Positions 9,414-18,960 of a DNA stretch of 64,000 bases are shown piece by piece. Numbering within the stretch: the stretch's first letter is position 1; each line of letters opens with the position of its first letter. The position numbers and the translations under genes were made by a program. Under the pieces are notes generated by a model. That model was not told where the DNA came from and did not search any database. It saw nothing but the letters and a program-made list of their open reading frames with translations. Source of the DNA: Planctomycetota bacterium. GTDB taxonomy: Bacteria; Planctomycetota; UBA8108; SXIK01. The DNA lies in the NCBI GenBank assembly GCA_965223845.1, contig CBDCXR010000004.1, positions 480,001 to 544,000 on the forward strand, in the 5' to 3' direction.

Positions 9414-10325
9414 CTAGTCCGCGGACTCGAGGAGGCTCCCCGTCTCGGTCCGCGTCGGGATCGAGGGGATCGCGCCCGGGCGAGTCGTGCTCAGTGCGGC
9501 GGCCGCCGAGGCGAAGCGCATTGCGGCGGCGAGCTTCGTGCCTCGGTCGAGCTCGGCGGAGAGGACGCCGACGAAAGTATCGCCGGCGCCGGTGGCGTCG
9601 ACCGACTGCACCCGGAGGGGCGGGACGTGGACGGGATCGCCGCCCGAGCGGGCGAAGTAAGCCCCTCTCGAGCCGGCGGTGACGACGACGAGGGTCGACT
9701 CGAGCTTGGCACTCAGTCTCTCCGCGAGCTCTGCGGTCGCGCCCGAGTCGTCGGCGAGGAGCGAGCCGGCCTCCAGCTCGTTCGCAACGAGAACGTCGAC
9801 CGCGCGGAGGACGTCCGGGGGTAGGCGGGTGGCCGGCGCCGCATTGAGGACGATCGTCGCTCGCCCGGCGCGCGCGACGTCGATCGCCCGAACGACGGCC
9901 TCGATTGGGATCTCGAGCTGAAGGACGACCACTCGCGCGCCGAGAAGCGCCTCCCTCGAATCTGCGATCGCCGCCGCGTCGAGGCGCCGGTTCGCCCCTG
10001 ACGAGACGACGATCTGATTCGCGCCCCGTCTGTCGACCGCGATGAGGGCAGCGCCCGTCGACGCACCGTCGATCACCCGGACGGCGTCGACGTCGATGCC
10101 TTCCTCGGCGAGGACGCTTCGCATGGCGCGTCCCGCCTCGTCCGATCCGACCGCCCCGACGAAGCGAACCCCTGCGCCCGCCCGCGCGGCGGCGACGGCC
10201 TGGTTCGCGCCCTTCCCTCCCGGAACCGCGGCAAGGTCGCCGCCGATGACGGTTTCGCCGGGCTTGGGAAGATGCGGTACGACACTGACAAGGTCGCGAT
10301 GAATGCTGCCGACGACGGTGATCAA
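9414..10325 (-). CDS. rbsK: Ribokinase (PfkB family)
   Basis: GGKGANQAVAAAR, QLEIP, NELE and DATGAGDTFVG signatures. Confidence 0.93.
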   Translation of the reverse strand: MITVVGSIHRDLVSVVPHLPKPGETVIGGDLAAVPGGKGANQAVAAARAGAGVRFVGAVGSDEAGRAMRSVLAEEGIDVDAVRVIDGASTGAALIAVDRRGANQIVVSSGANRRLDAAAIADSREALLGARVVVLQLEIPIEAVVRAIDVARAGRATIVLNAAPATRLPPDVLRAVDVLVANELEAGSLLADDSGATAELAERLSAKLESTLVVVTAGSRGAYFARSGGDPVHVPPLRVQSVDATGAGDTFVGVLSAELDRGTKLAAAMRFASAAAALSTTRPGAIPSIPTRTETGSLLESAD

Positions 10326-10580
10326 GAGTCGGGTCCAAGTCCGGATGCGGAGCGACGATCGGCCTTGCAGGAAACGCCCTTGATGGGCGGTTTCGGAGCA
10401 GAGTCGAACCGAGCCTGGCGGGAGCTGCCGCCCGCTTGTTCGAGGGTTGTATTTTCGGACTCTCCCGGTTCAAATCGCAACTTCGCTCTCGACCGAGAGT
10501 CCTTCGCGACGCGGTGAGGAATCGAACTCCGAGCGGTGGCGACGCCGCAAAAAACTCGCCGCGGAAACCTTGGGGGATCG

Positions 10581-12767
10581 ATGTACACCGAGCTGAAAGA
10601 ATACGCGGCGGCGAACGACCTCGATCGGTTTGAAGACCGCTGGATGGAAGCCTTGGGCGCGGGAGACCTCGAGTCGTCTGCGATGGAGGCTCTACTCGAT
10701 GCGGCCGAGGTGGCGCTCGATCGGCAGGATTCGACCCATCGACTGGCGACTCTTCTCGAGCTCCTCTGTGCCTGCATCGCCGAAGATACGACCGCGAGGG
10801 TGACGCTGCGTCTCTTTTGGCATCTCCTCCGGTTCTTCCCGGAGAATCGTTCGTACCTGAACATCTTCTGCGAGGCGTACGTCCAGGTGTACCCCGTCGC
10901 ATCGCCGGAGCGAGCGTTTTTCGACGCCGCTTCCGTCGCGCAGAGCTCGGACGTCGCCGGCTCGCTCGCTCGACTCGACAGCCTCCTTCGCTATCGCGAG
11001 GGGGCCTTCGTCTTCCACCGCTCCGGGTGGGGCGTCGGACGGGTTCTTAGTGTCGACCCCTTCCTCAAGCAGGTGCGTGTCGACCTCGAGGAGAAGAAAG
11101 ACCACCGGATCGCGATCGACGTCGTCGATTCGATTCTGGATTTCCTCGAGCCCGATAGCTTCCAGGCGCTCCTCCTCTCGAACGTCGAGGGGCTCCATCG
11201 GCTGCGTGACGAAGATCCGGTGGGGCTCGTGACCAAGGTTCTCGACGCCTTCGGAAACCCGCTCGGCGTCAAGGATATCAAGTCGCATCTCGTACCGGCG
11301 ATCGTACCGACGAAGGACTGGACGAAGTGGTGGAACAAGACGAAGGCGCTTCTCCGCGACTCCGGGTATTTCCGCGTCGGTGACCGCGCGCCGCATCGGG
11401 TCGAGAAGCTCGAGTCGGCGATCAGCTACGCCGACGAGCTGATCCGCGACTACTACGCCTCATCGTGGCTCGAAGCACGCAAGGTCGCGAAACAGGCCGC
11501 GCGCAAGTCGGGCGGAGAGTACAAGGATGCCTGGGAGAAAATTCGCCCGCACCTTCTCGAGCTGAAGGAAGGCGATGACGTCTCCGTCGCGATCGACGCT
11601 GCGACCATTTACGAGCGCGGTGAGATCGGCGGCAGCGGCGTGCTCGCCGAAGTGCTCGCACGCTTCGGTGTCGAAAAGCTCGCCGACGCGATTCAGGGGC
11701 TGCCGGGCCCCGAAGCGCAGCGACGGGCCGCAAACGCGCTCGTGGATGCCCGTCCCGAAGACTGGCAGAACGTCGCGCGCGCGCTCGTTCTCGGACGGAG
11801 CGATGTCTTGCGGAACGTCGCGCTCGGTCTTCTCGAAGAGCGAGCACCGGAGGCCGCGCTCGAAGTGGTCGGCTCGGTTGCGGCGAACCCGCCAGCGGCG
11901 TTCGAGGCGTTTTGTTGGCTGCTGAACGTCCACGTCGCCGGATCGGATCGACCCGGCCTCGAGCCGTTTCGCCAGCGGACCTCGAGGGAGCTCGTGCGAA
12001 TGCTCCTCGACCTCTGCGACCACCAGGAGCATCGAGCGAGCCGAGTCGAGCGAACCGTCGTGAAGGAGGCGTTCGGCCGGATTCAGCAGTGCCTCGGTGC
12101 GAAGGACGGAGACTTTTTCGCCGAGGGGATTCGAGGGTTCAAGAAGTCGGAGCTCGTCGCTCTCTACTCGCGCATCGTCAACTACGACGACATTCTCCCC
12201 GATCTCAAAGCCGAGCTGCTCGGCCGTATCAGCGAGCAGGCGCCCGAGCTCGAGCAGGAAGAGCCGGCGATGCCGTGGGAGGAAAACTGCATCTACACCA
12301 CGTCGGCCGGACTCGAAAAGCGCCGCGAGCAGTTTCGCGAGATCATGGAAACGAAGCTCCCGAAGAACTTCGAGGAGATCGGTCGCGCAGCGAGCTTCGG
12401 CGACCTCTCGGAAAACGCCGAGTACACCGCGGCGCTGGAGACGCGCGATCAGCTCACGCGGCAGGCGAAGCAGATCGAGGAGGAGCTCGAGATCGCGAAG
12501 ATCATCGAGCCCGCTTCGGTGAATGCGGAGTCGATCGCGCTCGGCACGCGCGTTTCAGCGTCGGAGGTCGAGAGTGGCGAAAACAAGATCTACACCATTC
12601 TCGGTCCGTGGGACGGCAGCCCGGAAGAAGGCGTTCTCAACTACCATTCGCCACTCGCTAGGGCTCTGTTCGGACGGCGCGCGGGCGAGCAGGTCGACAT
12701 CGAGCTGCCAGGCGGGTCCTTGAGCCTTAAAATCGAAAGGATCAGCTCGCACTTCGACGAGGAGTGA
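10581..12767 (+). CDS. greA: Long-form transcription elongation factor GreA with a large N-terminal extension
   Basis: C-terminal GDLSENAEY, YTILGPWD and SPLARAL motifs. ~570-aa N-terminal region (FHRSGWGVGRV, WTKWWNKTK) as in PVC/spirochaete GreA. Start MYTELK at 10581. Confidence 0.9.
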   Translation: MYTELKEYAAANDLDRFEDRWMEALGAGDLESSAMEALLDAAEVALDRQDSTHRLATLLELLCACIAEDTTARVTLRLFWHLLRFFPENRSYLNIFCEAYVQVYPVASPERAFFDAASVAQSSDVAGSLARLDSLLRYREGAFVFHRSGWGVGRVLSVDPFLKQVRVDLEEKKDHRIAIDVVDSILDFLEPDSFQALLLSNVEGLHRLRDEDPVGLVTKVLDAFGNPLGVKDIKSHLVPAIVPTKDWTKWWNKTKALLRDSGYFRVGDRAPHRVEKLESAISYADELIRDYYASSWLEARKVAKQAARKSGGEYKDAWEKIRPHLLELKEGDDVSVAIDAATIYERGEIGGSGVLAEVLARFGVEKLADAIQGLPGPEAQRRAANALVDARPEDWQNVARALVLGRSDVLRNVALGLLEERAPEAALEVVGSVAANPPAAFEAFCWLLNVHVAGSDRPGLEPFRQRTSRELVRMLLDLCDHQEHRASRVERTVVKEAFGRIQQCLGAKDGDFFAEGIRGFKKSELVALYSRIVNYDDILPDLKAELLGRISEQAPELEQEEPAMPWEENCIYTTSAGLEKRREQFREIMETKLPKNFEEIGRAASFGDLSENAEYTAALETRDQLTRQAKQIEEELEIAKIIEPASVNAESIALGTRVSASEVESGENKIYTILGPWDGSPEEGVLNYHSPLARALFGRRAGEQVDIELPGGSLSLKIERISSHFDEE

Positions 12768-12923
12768 CGCTCTCTCGTCGCGGCCCGCTCAATCGGTGGT
12801 CGAGAGACCTCGAGTGATCCGCGAGCTCCACCGCCCGCCGGCTCCGTCGCGCGGCGATGCTGGGTCCGCCCGGCGCCGGTCGCGCGTGAACCGATCTCGT
12901 CCCTTCCGATTCCGGTGCCTTCG

Positions 12924-13982
12924 ATGACCCACGATGCCGAGAGCCTTCTCAAGTCTGTCGAGGAGATCCTCTCGGACCGCGAGACCTATCCCGAAGGGAA
13001 GTACCTCGCCGATTTCATCGAGACGGCGGTGACGTTCGTGAAGGACCGCCCCGAGCGCGGCGACCTGCGGATGCTTCGCCAGGCGTTCAAGGAGCTCCGC
13101 TATGCGTTCCGCGTATTTGCTCCGTATCGGCGGGTGCGGAAGGTGTCCGTATTCGGTTCGGCGCGGACGCCCGAAGGAGCGAAGGAGTACGAGGACGCTC
13201 ACGCGTTCGCGACGATGATGACGCGTCTCGGGTGGATGGTCATCACGGGCGCCGGACCCGGAATCATGCAGGCGGCGCAGGGCGGGGCGGGGCGTTCACG
13301 GAGCTTCGGAGTCAATATCCGGCTTCCGTTCGAGCAGCGGGCGAACCCGGTCATCCACGACGATCCGAAGCTCGTGACGTTCAAGTACTTTTTCACGCGG
13401 AAGGTCGTCTTCGTTAAGGAGACGGACGCGATCGCGCTCTTTCCCGGTGGGTTCGGAACGCACGACGAGGCTTTCGAGTCCATGACCCTCGTGCAGACCG
13501 GAAAGACCGAGCCGCTCCCCATCGTCTGCGTGGAATCGGAAGGCGGGAGCTACTGGCAGGAGTGGCGGGAGTACGTCGAGCGCCATCTCCTCGGCGGCGG
13601 TTACATCAGTCCGGAGGATCTGGATCTCGTCGAGCTCGCCCACGGCGTCGACGAGGCGACAGCGAAGATCGAGCGCTTCTATCGCATCTATCATTCGGCG
13701 CGCTTCGTGCGCGGCAAGCTCGTCCTTCGCCTGCAGGCGCCGGTCGCGGATGACGTGCTCGATCGCATCAATACCGAGTTTGTGGATATCCTCGCTGAGG
13801 GGCGATTCGAGCGCGCGGAGTGTGATCCCCTCGAGGCGCGCGACGAACCGGAGACTGCGGGACTCGCTCGCCTTCGCTTCGCCTTCAACCGCCGGAGCTG
13901 CGGACGGCTGCGTCAGCTCGTGAACCTCCTCAACGAGTCCGCGGGTCGGGCGGCGGCAGCGACGCGCGAGGTCGGCGGCTGA
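12924..13982 (+). CDS. LOG family (TIGR00730-type) nucleotide phosphoribohydrolase, long form
   Basis: VFGSAR, ITGAGPGIMQAA, FFTRK and PGGFGTHDE motifs. Start at 12915 (GTG) or 12924 (ATG). Confidence 0.9.
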   Translation: MTHDAESLLKSVEEILSDRETYPEGKYLADFIETAVTFVKDRPERGDLRMLRQAFKELRYAFRVFAPYRRVRKVSVFGSARTPEGAKEYEDAHAFATMMTRLGWMVITGAGPGIMQAAQGGAGRSRSFGVNIRLPFEQRANPVIHDDPKLVTFKYFFTRKVVFVKETDAIALFPGGFGTHDEAFESMTLVQTGKTEPLPIVCVESEGGSYWQEWREYVERHLLGGGYISPEDLDLVELAHGVDEATAKIERFYRIYHSARFVRGKLVLRLQAPVADDVLDRINTEFVDILAEGRFERAECDPLEARDEPETAGLARLRFAFNRRSCGRLRQLVNLLNESAGRAAAATREVGG

Positions 13983-14042
13983 TCTGCCGATCGGGGCCGG
14001 CGATTCCGGTCGGCGGGCGCGTTCGCGCAGCGGGAGACGGTC

Positions 14043-15146
14043 GTGTCGAACGAGTTTGATCGGCGACGCCTCAGCTTTCGACCGGTGAGGGAGCGCGAGC
14101 ATCGCTTTCGCATCGACGAGATCCGCGTCGATGCCGCGTCGCCTCTCCCCGACGTCGAGCCGGCGATCGAGACCGCGATCGAACGGACGGCTGGCGAGGT
14201 GCGCGCGGCGCGCGCTCGGGGCGCTCCGGTCGTGATCGCGTTCGGGGCGCACCTCGTCAAGAACGGACTGGGGCCGCTCCTCGCGGAGCTCGTGCGGGAC
14301 GGATGGATCACCCACGCCGCGACGAACGGAGCGGGATCGATTCACGACTGGGAGTTTGCGCACCTCGGTGAGAGCTGCGAGGACGTGCGGCAGTACGTGA
14401 CCGTCGGCGAGTTCGGCCTGTGGCGCGAAACGGGCTTCCACCTCGGGGCCGCACTCGTGGTGGGTGCGCTCCGCGGTTGGGGCTACGGTCGCGCGGTGGG
14501 AGAGCTCATCGCGGCGGACGGGATCGACGTCCCCCAGGTTCGCGAGCTCGAATCGTTGGTGGAAGCTGGGAGGCGCGGCGAGGATCGCGAACGAGCGGCC
14601 GCGGCGCTCGATGTTCTCGACGCGATCGAGCAAGAGGATCTCACCCCCGGGCGCATCGCCGTTGAGCATCCCTCGCGCGAGAGCTCGATTCAGTGGGCGG
14701 CGGTGCGAGCGGATGTCCCGTTCACCGTGCACCCCGGAATCGGGCAAGACATCATTTACACTCATCCGCTCGTCCGCGGCGGCGCTCTCGGTCGTGCGGC
14801 GCTCCGGGATTTTCTCTCGTTCGCGGGCTCCGTCGAGAACCTCGAGGGCGGAGTCTACATCTCCGCCGGCTCGTCGGTGATGTCGCCGATGATCTTCGAG
14901 AAGTCGCTCTCGATGGCGAGGAATGTCCGGCTAGCGCGAGGCGAGCGCCTCGACGACTTCTCGATCGTCGTCAACGATCTCGCCGAGAGCACCTGGGACT
15001 GGGAGAAGGGCGAGCCGCCGCCGGAGAATCCCGCGTACTACGTTCGCTTCTGTAAGTCCTTCGCCCGCATGGGAGGACGGATGCGCTACGTCGGGGTCGA
15101 CAATCGAGTGTTCTTGCAGCACCTGATGCGATTCCTGCGAGATTGA
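14043..15146 (+). CDS. Conserved hypothetical protein of the deoxyhypusine-synthase-like (GSU2086-type) family
   Basis: GAHLVKNGL...ATNGAGSIHDWE...SCEDV...FGLWRETG, TVHPGIGQDII, GSSVMSPMIFEKSLSMARN. Family recognised from memory. Confidence 0.7.
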   Translation: MSNEFDRRRLSFRPVREREHRFRIDEIRVDAASPLPDVEPAIETAIERTAGEVRAARARGAPVVIAFGAHLVKNGLGPLLAELVRDGWITHAATNGAGSIHDWEFAHLGESCEDVRQYVTVGEFGLWRETGFHLGAALVVGALRGWGYGRAVGELIAADGIDVPQVRELESLVEAGRRGEDRERAAAALDVLDAIEQEDLTPGRIAVEHPSRESSIQWAAVRADVPFTVHPGIGQDIIYTHPLVRGGALGRAALRDFLSFAGSVENLEGGVYISAGSSVMSPMIFEKSLSMARNVRLARGERLDDFSIVVNDLAESTWDWEKGEPPPENPAYYVRFCKSFARMGGRMRYVGVDNRVFLQHLMRFLRD

Positions 15147-15322
15147 GCGGGTCGAAGTGCTGCCGGTTTCTAGTCCGAACTCGTTCCCGCGCCCGATCCC
15201 GAACCGGCGATGAGAGGAATGCCGCTGAACGGAGCCGCTGCAGACGGCGCGGAGACCGCAGACCCGGCGAAGAGAAGATGGAGATGAACTTTGTCGGGAA
15301 CGGGAGCGGGAACCGGAACGGG

Positions 15323-15751
15323 CTACCCGATCACCTCCGGACCGAAGTACTCGAAAGCGTTCTTCTCCGTCTCGAAGACCCGCAAGCGGTAGAGGCGCGC
15401 CGGGCCGTCGAACCAGGGAGCGAGTCGATCCCAGAGCTCGAGGATCAGCACCTCGGTCGTCGGTGTCGGTCCATAGCGTAGCTCGAGACGTCGATTGAGA
15501 TTGCGGTGATCGAGCTCGCGCATGACTTCCGCTTCGACTGCGGCGTCGATGCGTGCCATCGGCGCTACGAATCCACTCGCCTCGTCGATTTCCCCTTCGA
15601 CGGTGACCTCGAGCACGTAGTTGTGTCCGTGGCCCTCTTCGTAGCTGCACTTGCCGAACGTCTCCCAGTTCCAGTCGGCGTCGCGTTCCGGATGGAAGAG
15701 GCGGTGCCCCGCGTTGAACGAGTACGCCTTCGTGACGTGGGCCCGTTTCAT
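15323..15751 (-). CDS. 6-pyruvoyl/6-carboxy-tetrahydropterin synthase (QueD/PTPS family), copy 2
   Basis: FNAGHRL, C-x5-HGHNY (CSYEEGHGHNY), LDHRNLN, PTTE, ETEKN. ATG at 15751 overlaps the upstream stop (ATGA). Confidence 0.92.
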   Translation of the reverse strand: MKRAHVTKAYSFNAGHRLFHPERDADWNWETFGKCSYEEGHGHNYVLEVTVEGEIDEASGFVAPMARIDAAVEAEVMRELDHRNLNRRLELRYGPTPTTEVLILELWDRLAPWFDGPARLYRLRVFETEKNAFEYFGPEVIG

Positions 15752-16215
15752 CGCATCCCGGCGGCCGGGCCGGATTCGCGTGGGGGTCGATCGCCGTAGT
15801 ACTCCGCGAAGAGCGTCGGCGATTCGTAGAGGCGGACGCGGTAGAGCGAAGCGTTGGGGCGGGAGAGTTCGGGGCGGATGCGCTCCCAAATGTCTCGCGC
15901 GAGGTTTTCGGTCGTCGGGACTCGGTCGCTCCACTCGGGAAGATCGCGGTTGAGATGGCGATGATCGAGGCGCGCGACGACGTGGCGGGTCAGGATCTCA
16001 TCGACTTCGCGGAGATTGAGCACCATGCCGGTCGCGGGATCGACTTCACCGACGACCGTCACTTCGAGTTCGTAGTTGTGTCCGTGTCCGTGCTCGTTGT
16101 TGCACGGGCCGAACACGCGGAGGTTCTCTTCCCGGCTCCAGGACTCGTTGTGGTAGCGATGCGCGGCGCAAAAGCCCACTCGCCGCGAGATGTAGACGGG
16201 GCGCCGTTCCTTCAT
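15748..16215 (-). CDS. 6-pyruvoyl/6-carboxy-tetrahydropterin synthase (QueD/PTPS family), copy 1
   Basis: FCAAHRY, CNNEHGHGHNY, GMVLNL, LDHRHLN, PTTENLA. True start MKERRP at 16215 overlaps the SDR stop (ATGA). Confidence 0.93.
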   Translation of the reverse strand: MKERRPVYISRRVGFCAAHRYHNESWSREENLRVFGPCNNEHGHGHNYELEVTVVGEVDPATGMVLNLREVDEILTRHVVARLDHRHLNRDLPEWSDRVPTTENLARDIWERIRPELSRPNASLYRVRLYESPTLFAEYYGDRPPRESGPAAGMR

Positions 16216-17009
16216 GCGAGCGAGATTCCTCCGTCGATCGGTATGACGGCTCCGGTCGTCCACGACGACGCGTCCGACGCCAAGAAGACGACGAGATCTG
16301 CGACTTCGTCGGGAGTGCCGACGCGTCCGAGCGGATGGGCTGCGGCCATGTCCCGGAGAAGCGCCGCGGCTTCCTCGTCGCTGTTCGTACGTCGCCGGTG
16401 AATCGGCGTATCGACGACACCTGGACAGACGACGCAGGCCCGCACTCCGTTTGCCGCCTCTTCGATGGCGGTCGCCCGAGTGAGCATCACGAGCCCGGCT
16501 TTCGACACGCAATAGGAGGCGGCGCCCGGGATCGGGTCGACGGCGAGTGTCGACGCGACGTTTACGATGGCTGAGGTGGGGGGGCGTAGAGAAGCAGCGC
16601 CCGCGTCGGTCGCGCGAGCTCGCCGCGCGCTCTCTCGCAGATGCGGGAGTGCGATCCGGGTGAGTAGGAACGGTCCCGTGAGATTCACGGCGAGTCCGCG
16701 CTCCCAATCCGCCAGCTCCGTCTCCGCAACGGATCCCGTGATGTACTCGCCGGCGTTGTTCACGAGCACGTCGATCCGTCCGAACGCGGTCACGCTTTCG
16801 CCAACCAAGCGTTCGACGTCTTCGCGGTGTTCGTGTCTCGCGACGATCGCGCGCCCGCGGTCGGCCGGCACGCCGGCCATCGTCTCCTCGAGCTTGCCGG
16901 CGGTGCGCCCGGTTGCGACCACACACCAGCCCGCTCGTAGGAATGCGCGAGCCGTCGCCCGACCGATGCCCGAGCCCGCGCCGGTAATGACCGCGACCCT
17001 ACCGTGCAT
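16212..17009 (-). CDS. Short-chain dehydrogenase/reductase (SDR)
   Basis: TGAGSGIG, NNAG, YCVSK and PGVVDTP motifs. Start at 17009 or up to 17048. Confidence 0.92.
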   Translation of the reverse strand: MHGRVAVITGAGSGIGRATARAFLRAGWCVVATGRTAGKLEETMAGVPADRGRAIVARHEHREDVERLVGESVTAFGRIDVLVNNAGEYITGSVAETELADWERGLAVNLTGPFLLTRIALPHLRESARRARATDAGAASLRPPTSAIVNVASTLAVDPIPGAASYCVSKAGLVMLTRATAIEEAANGVRACVVCPGVVDTPIHRRRTNSDEEAAALLRDMAAAHPLGRVGTPDEVADLVVFLASDASSWTTGAVIPIDGGISLA

Positions 17010-17339
17010 CGCCGAGTCGCCACCCGAGCTGTTCACTGGAGTCATCATCGCTGCGCGAAATCACCGAGAGATCGAGCCCGATTCCCTCGATCGACGCTGC
17101 GAAGAGAGACCGGGTGAAACGAGATCGCGCCCGAGTGTAACGTTCCCACGAATCCGCGCCAACGCTTCTCGAGATGCGCACGTTCGCAGCGATCGCGCCG
17201 ACCGGACGGCGAGTCGACCCGCGGATCGAATCCGCTCGCAAATCGCCGAACGAGCAACTACTCTGAGGCGTCCTCGAATACCCGAGAACCCGATGCCGCA
17301 AAAACGATCGGCGGCCGATCGCCGCGAGAAGGGGAGCGA

Positions 17340-17654
17340 ATGAGCGACTACATGGACCTCGTCAAGGAAGAGGCGACCGCCTTCTTCAAGGAGAGCCGCA
17401 CCGCGTTCCTCGACGACGCGGGCGAGCACGGCGGAAAGTCCGAGCGGCCGAACTACCTCCGCTGGATCGACGAGCGAGGCGAGCTCGCGGGCCGCATCGA
17501 AACGGTGACCGCGAGCTGGGGACTCAAAGAGTGCCAGTGGGTGCAGTCGAACACGCGGAGCAAGCCGCCTCCTGGCGGCGATCGCAAGAGCATCGCGTTC
17601 GGGAGCTTCCTCCAGGACGTCCGCCACGCGATCAAGAAGCTCGCGAAGAAATAG
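17340..17654 (+). CDS. Hypothetical protein (104 aa)
   Basis: ATG preceded by GGGGAG, host-like codon usage, protein-like composition. Confidence 0.75.
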   Translation: MSDYMDLVKEEATAFFKESRTAFLDDAGEHGGKSERPNYLRWIDERGELAGRIETVTASWGLKECQWVQSNTRSKPPPGGDRKSIAFGSFLQDVRHAIKKLAKK

Positions 17655-17708
17655 CGGCGCGCGCGGTGCTGCCGGCGATGCGATCGGCCGAGTGTGCGCG
17701 CCTTCGAC

Positions 17709-18491
17709 CTACTCGTCGTCCGATCCGACGGCCGGGTCGTAGAGGAGCGTCTCCATGGTGAGCTCGGCCGACACACGCTCCTTCGCGACGACGTAGAGCT
17801 TTTCGGCGGCCTGCCGGATGTAGGCGCGGGCTTCGTCCTCGCTGCGCTCGAGAAAGCGACGAAAGTAGCTTGTCGCGAGGAGGAAGTTGCCGTTTCGGCG
17901 GCAGAGCTCGGCGACGAGGAAGACCATGTGCGGATCTTTTTCGTAGCGGAGGTCCTGACGAAACTTCCGGATCGCGCCCGTCAGGTAGCGTTTGCGCAGC
18001 CGCTTCCGAGTCCGCTCCGGCAGCTTGACGGATGGAGGGATCCGCAGGCACCAGTACGCCCGAAGGAGACGCTCGCCTTGATCGCGCGCCGAGAGGTCGA
18101 TCGCCTCGGCGATCTTCGCCGCCCAGTGGTATTGCACGTGAGGGAGCGGAGTGCGTCGACAGCGGCGTACCGATCGCGCCGGTCGGGCGTCGTCGCTAGA
18201 CGGTCCCGCGCGGGTCCCACTCTTCTTGTCGTCGTCGACGAGAAGCGGGATCGTCTCCTCGATGAGCTGCTCCTTGAGCTCGTCGGAAAGATCCCGCAGG
18301 AAGTCGCGCGTGTATCCGGAGTACCGGCAGTGATGACAGGTGTGCACTTCCGCCTGGATGACGTGCTTCCCGCGCATGCGGACGAAGAGGTCGGAGTCTT
18401 GTCCCGTTGCGAAGCCGCTTCCCACATCGCGCAACCGAAGCCGGTTGGCGCACAGAGGGCAGCTCGCTTCGATCGTCGACCAGACAACCAT
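17709..18491 (-). CDS. DUF2225-like zinc-ribbon plus helical protein
   Basis: CPLC...QDSDL...CHHCRY zinc-ribbon pattern, then LRAYW and a TPR-like AELCRRNGNF..A..YF. Confidence 0.75.
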   Translation of the reverse strand: MVVWSTIEASCPLCANRLRLRDVGSGFATGQDSDLFVRMRGKHVIQAEVHTCHHCRYSGYTRDFLRDLSDELKEQLIEETIPLLVDDDKKSGTRAGPSSDDARPARSVRRCRRTPLPHVQYHWAAKIAEAIDLSARDQGERLLRAYWCLRIPPSVKLPERTRKRLRKRYLTGAIRKFRQDLRYEKDPHMVFLVAELCRRNGNFLLATSYFRRFLERSEDEARAYIRQAAEKLYVVAKERVSAELTMETLLYDPAVGSDDE

Positions 18492-18960
18492 TTTGGATCC
18501 CGTCTCTCTCGCTTCGTTCGCTAAGGTTCGGCTGGGAAGTGCTTCGAGGCGAGAAACGGCTCCATGGCGCTCGGATTGGCCGCGGCAAACCTAGGCAATC
18601 TCCGCGATTGTCGACTTGACGCGGCCGAGCCGAGCGTGAACGCGGCGTGTTCTCGGCCGAAGGGGTCTTCAGCGGGCGGTCCTACTCCAAACGAGCACTT
18701 TGCCCCGAAATACTCTGCTCCGAAACACTCTCCACGCTCGCGATTATACCACTACGGGAAGGTGCGCGGCGGCGAAATCAAAACGCGTACCCGTGTGTCG
18801 AAGTCGCGAAAGAACTTGCTTCACGCCCGCCGAACGCTCTCCGTTTCGGCCGCGCCCGAAGACCCTGGCGAGCGCGGCGCCGCGTGAAGATGATAGATGC
18901 GGCGGCGACTCGCGCGAGCGCGCGAGGCCGACCGTTACTCGGTGCCGGTGCGTGCCATTC

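Noticed and set aside
10460-10485. GGTTCAAATC resembling a tRNA T-loop
   Set aside because: No flanking cloverleaf stems; it lies in the rbsK/greA promoter region.
15748-16926. 392-aa ORF suggesting a long PTPS fusion
   Set aside because: The N-terminal part is an off-frame overlap with the SDR gene. The real start is 16215.
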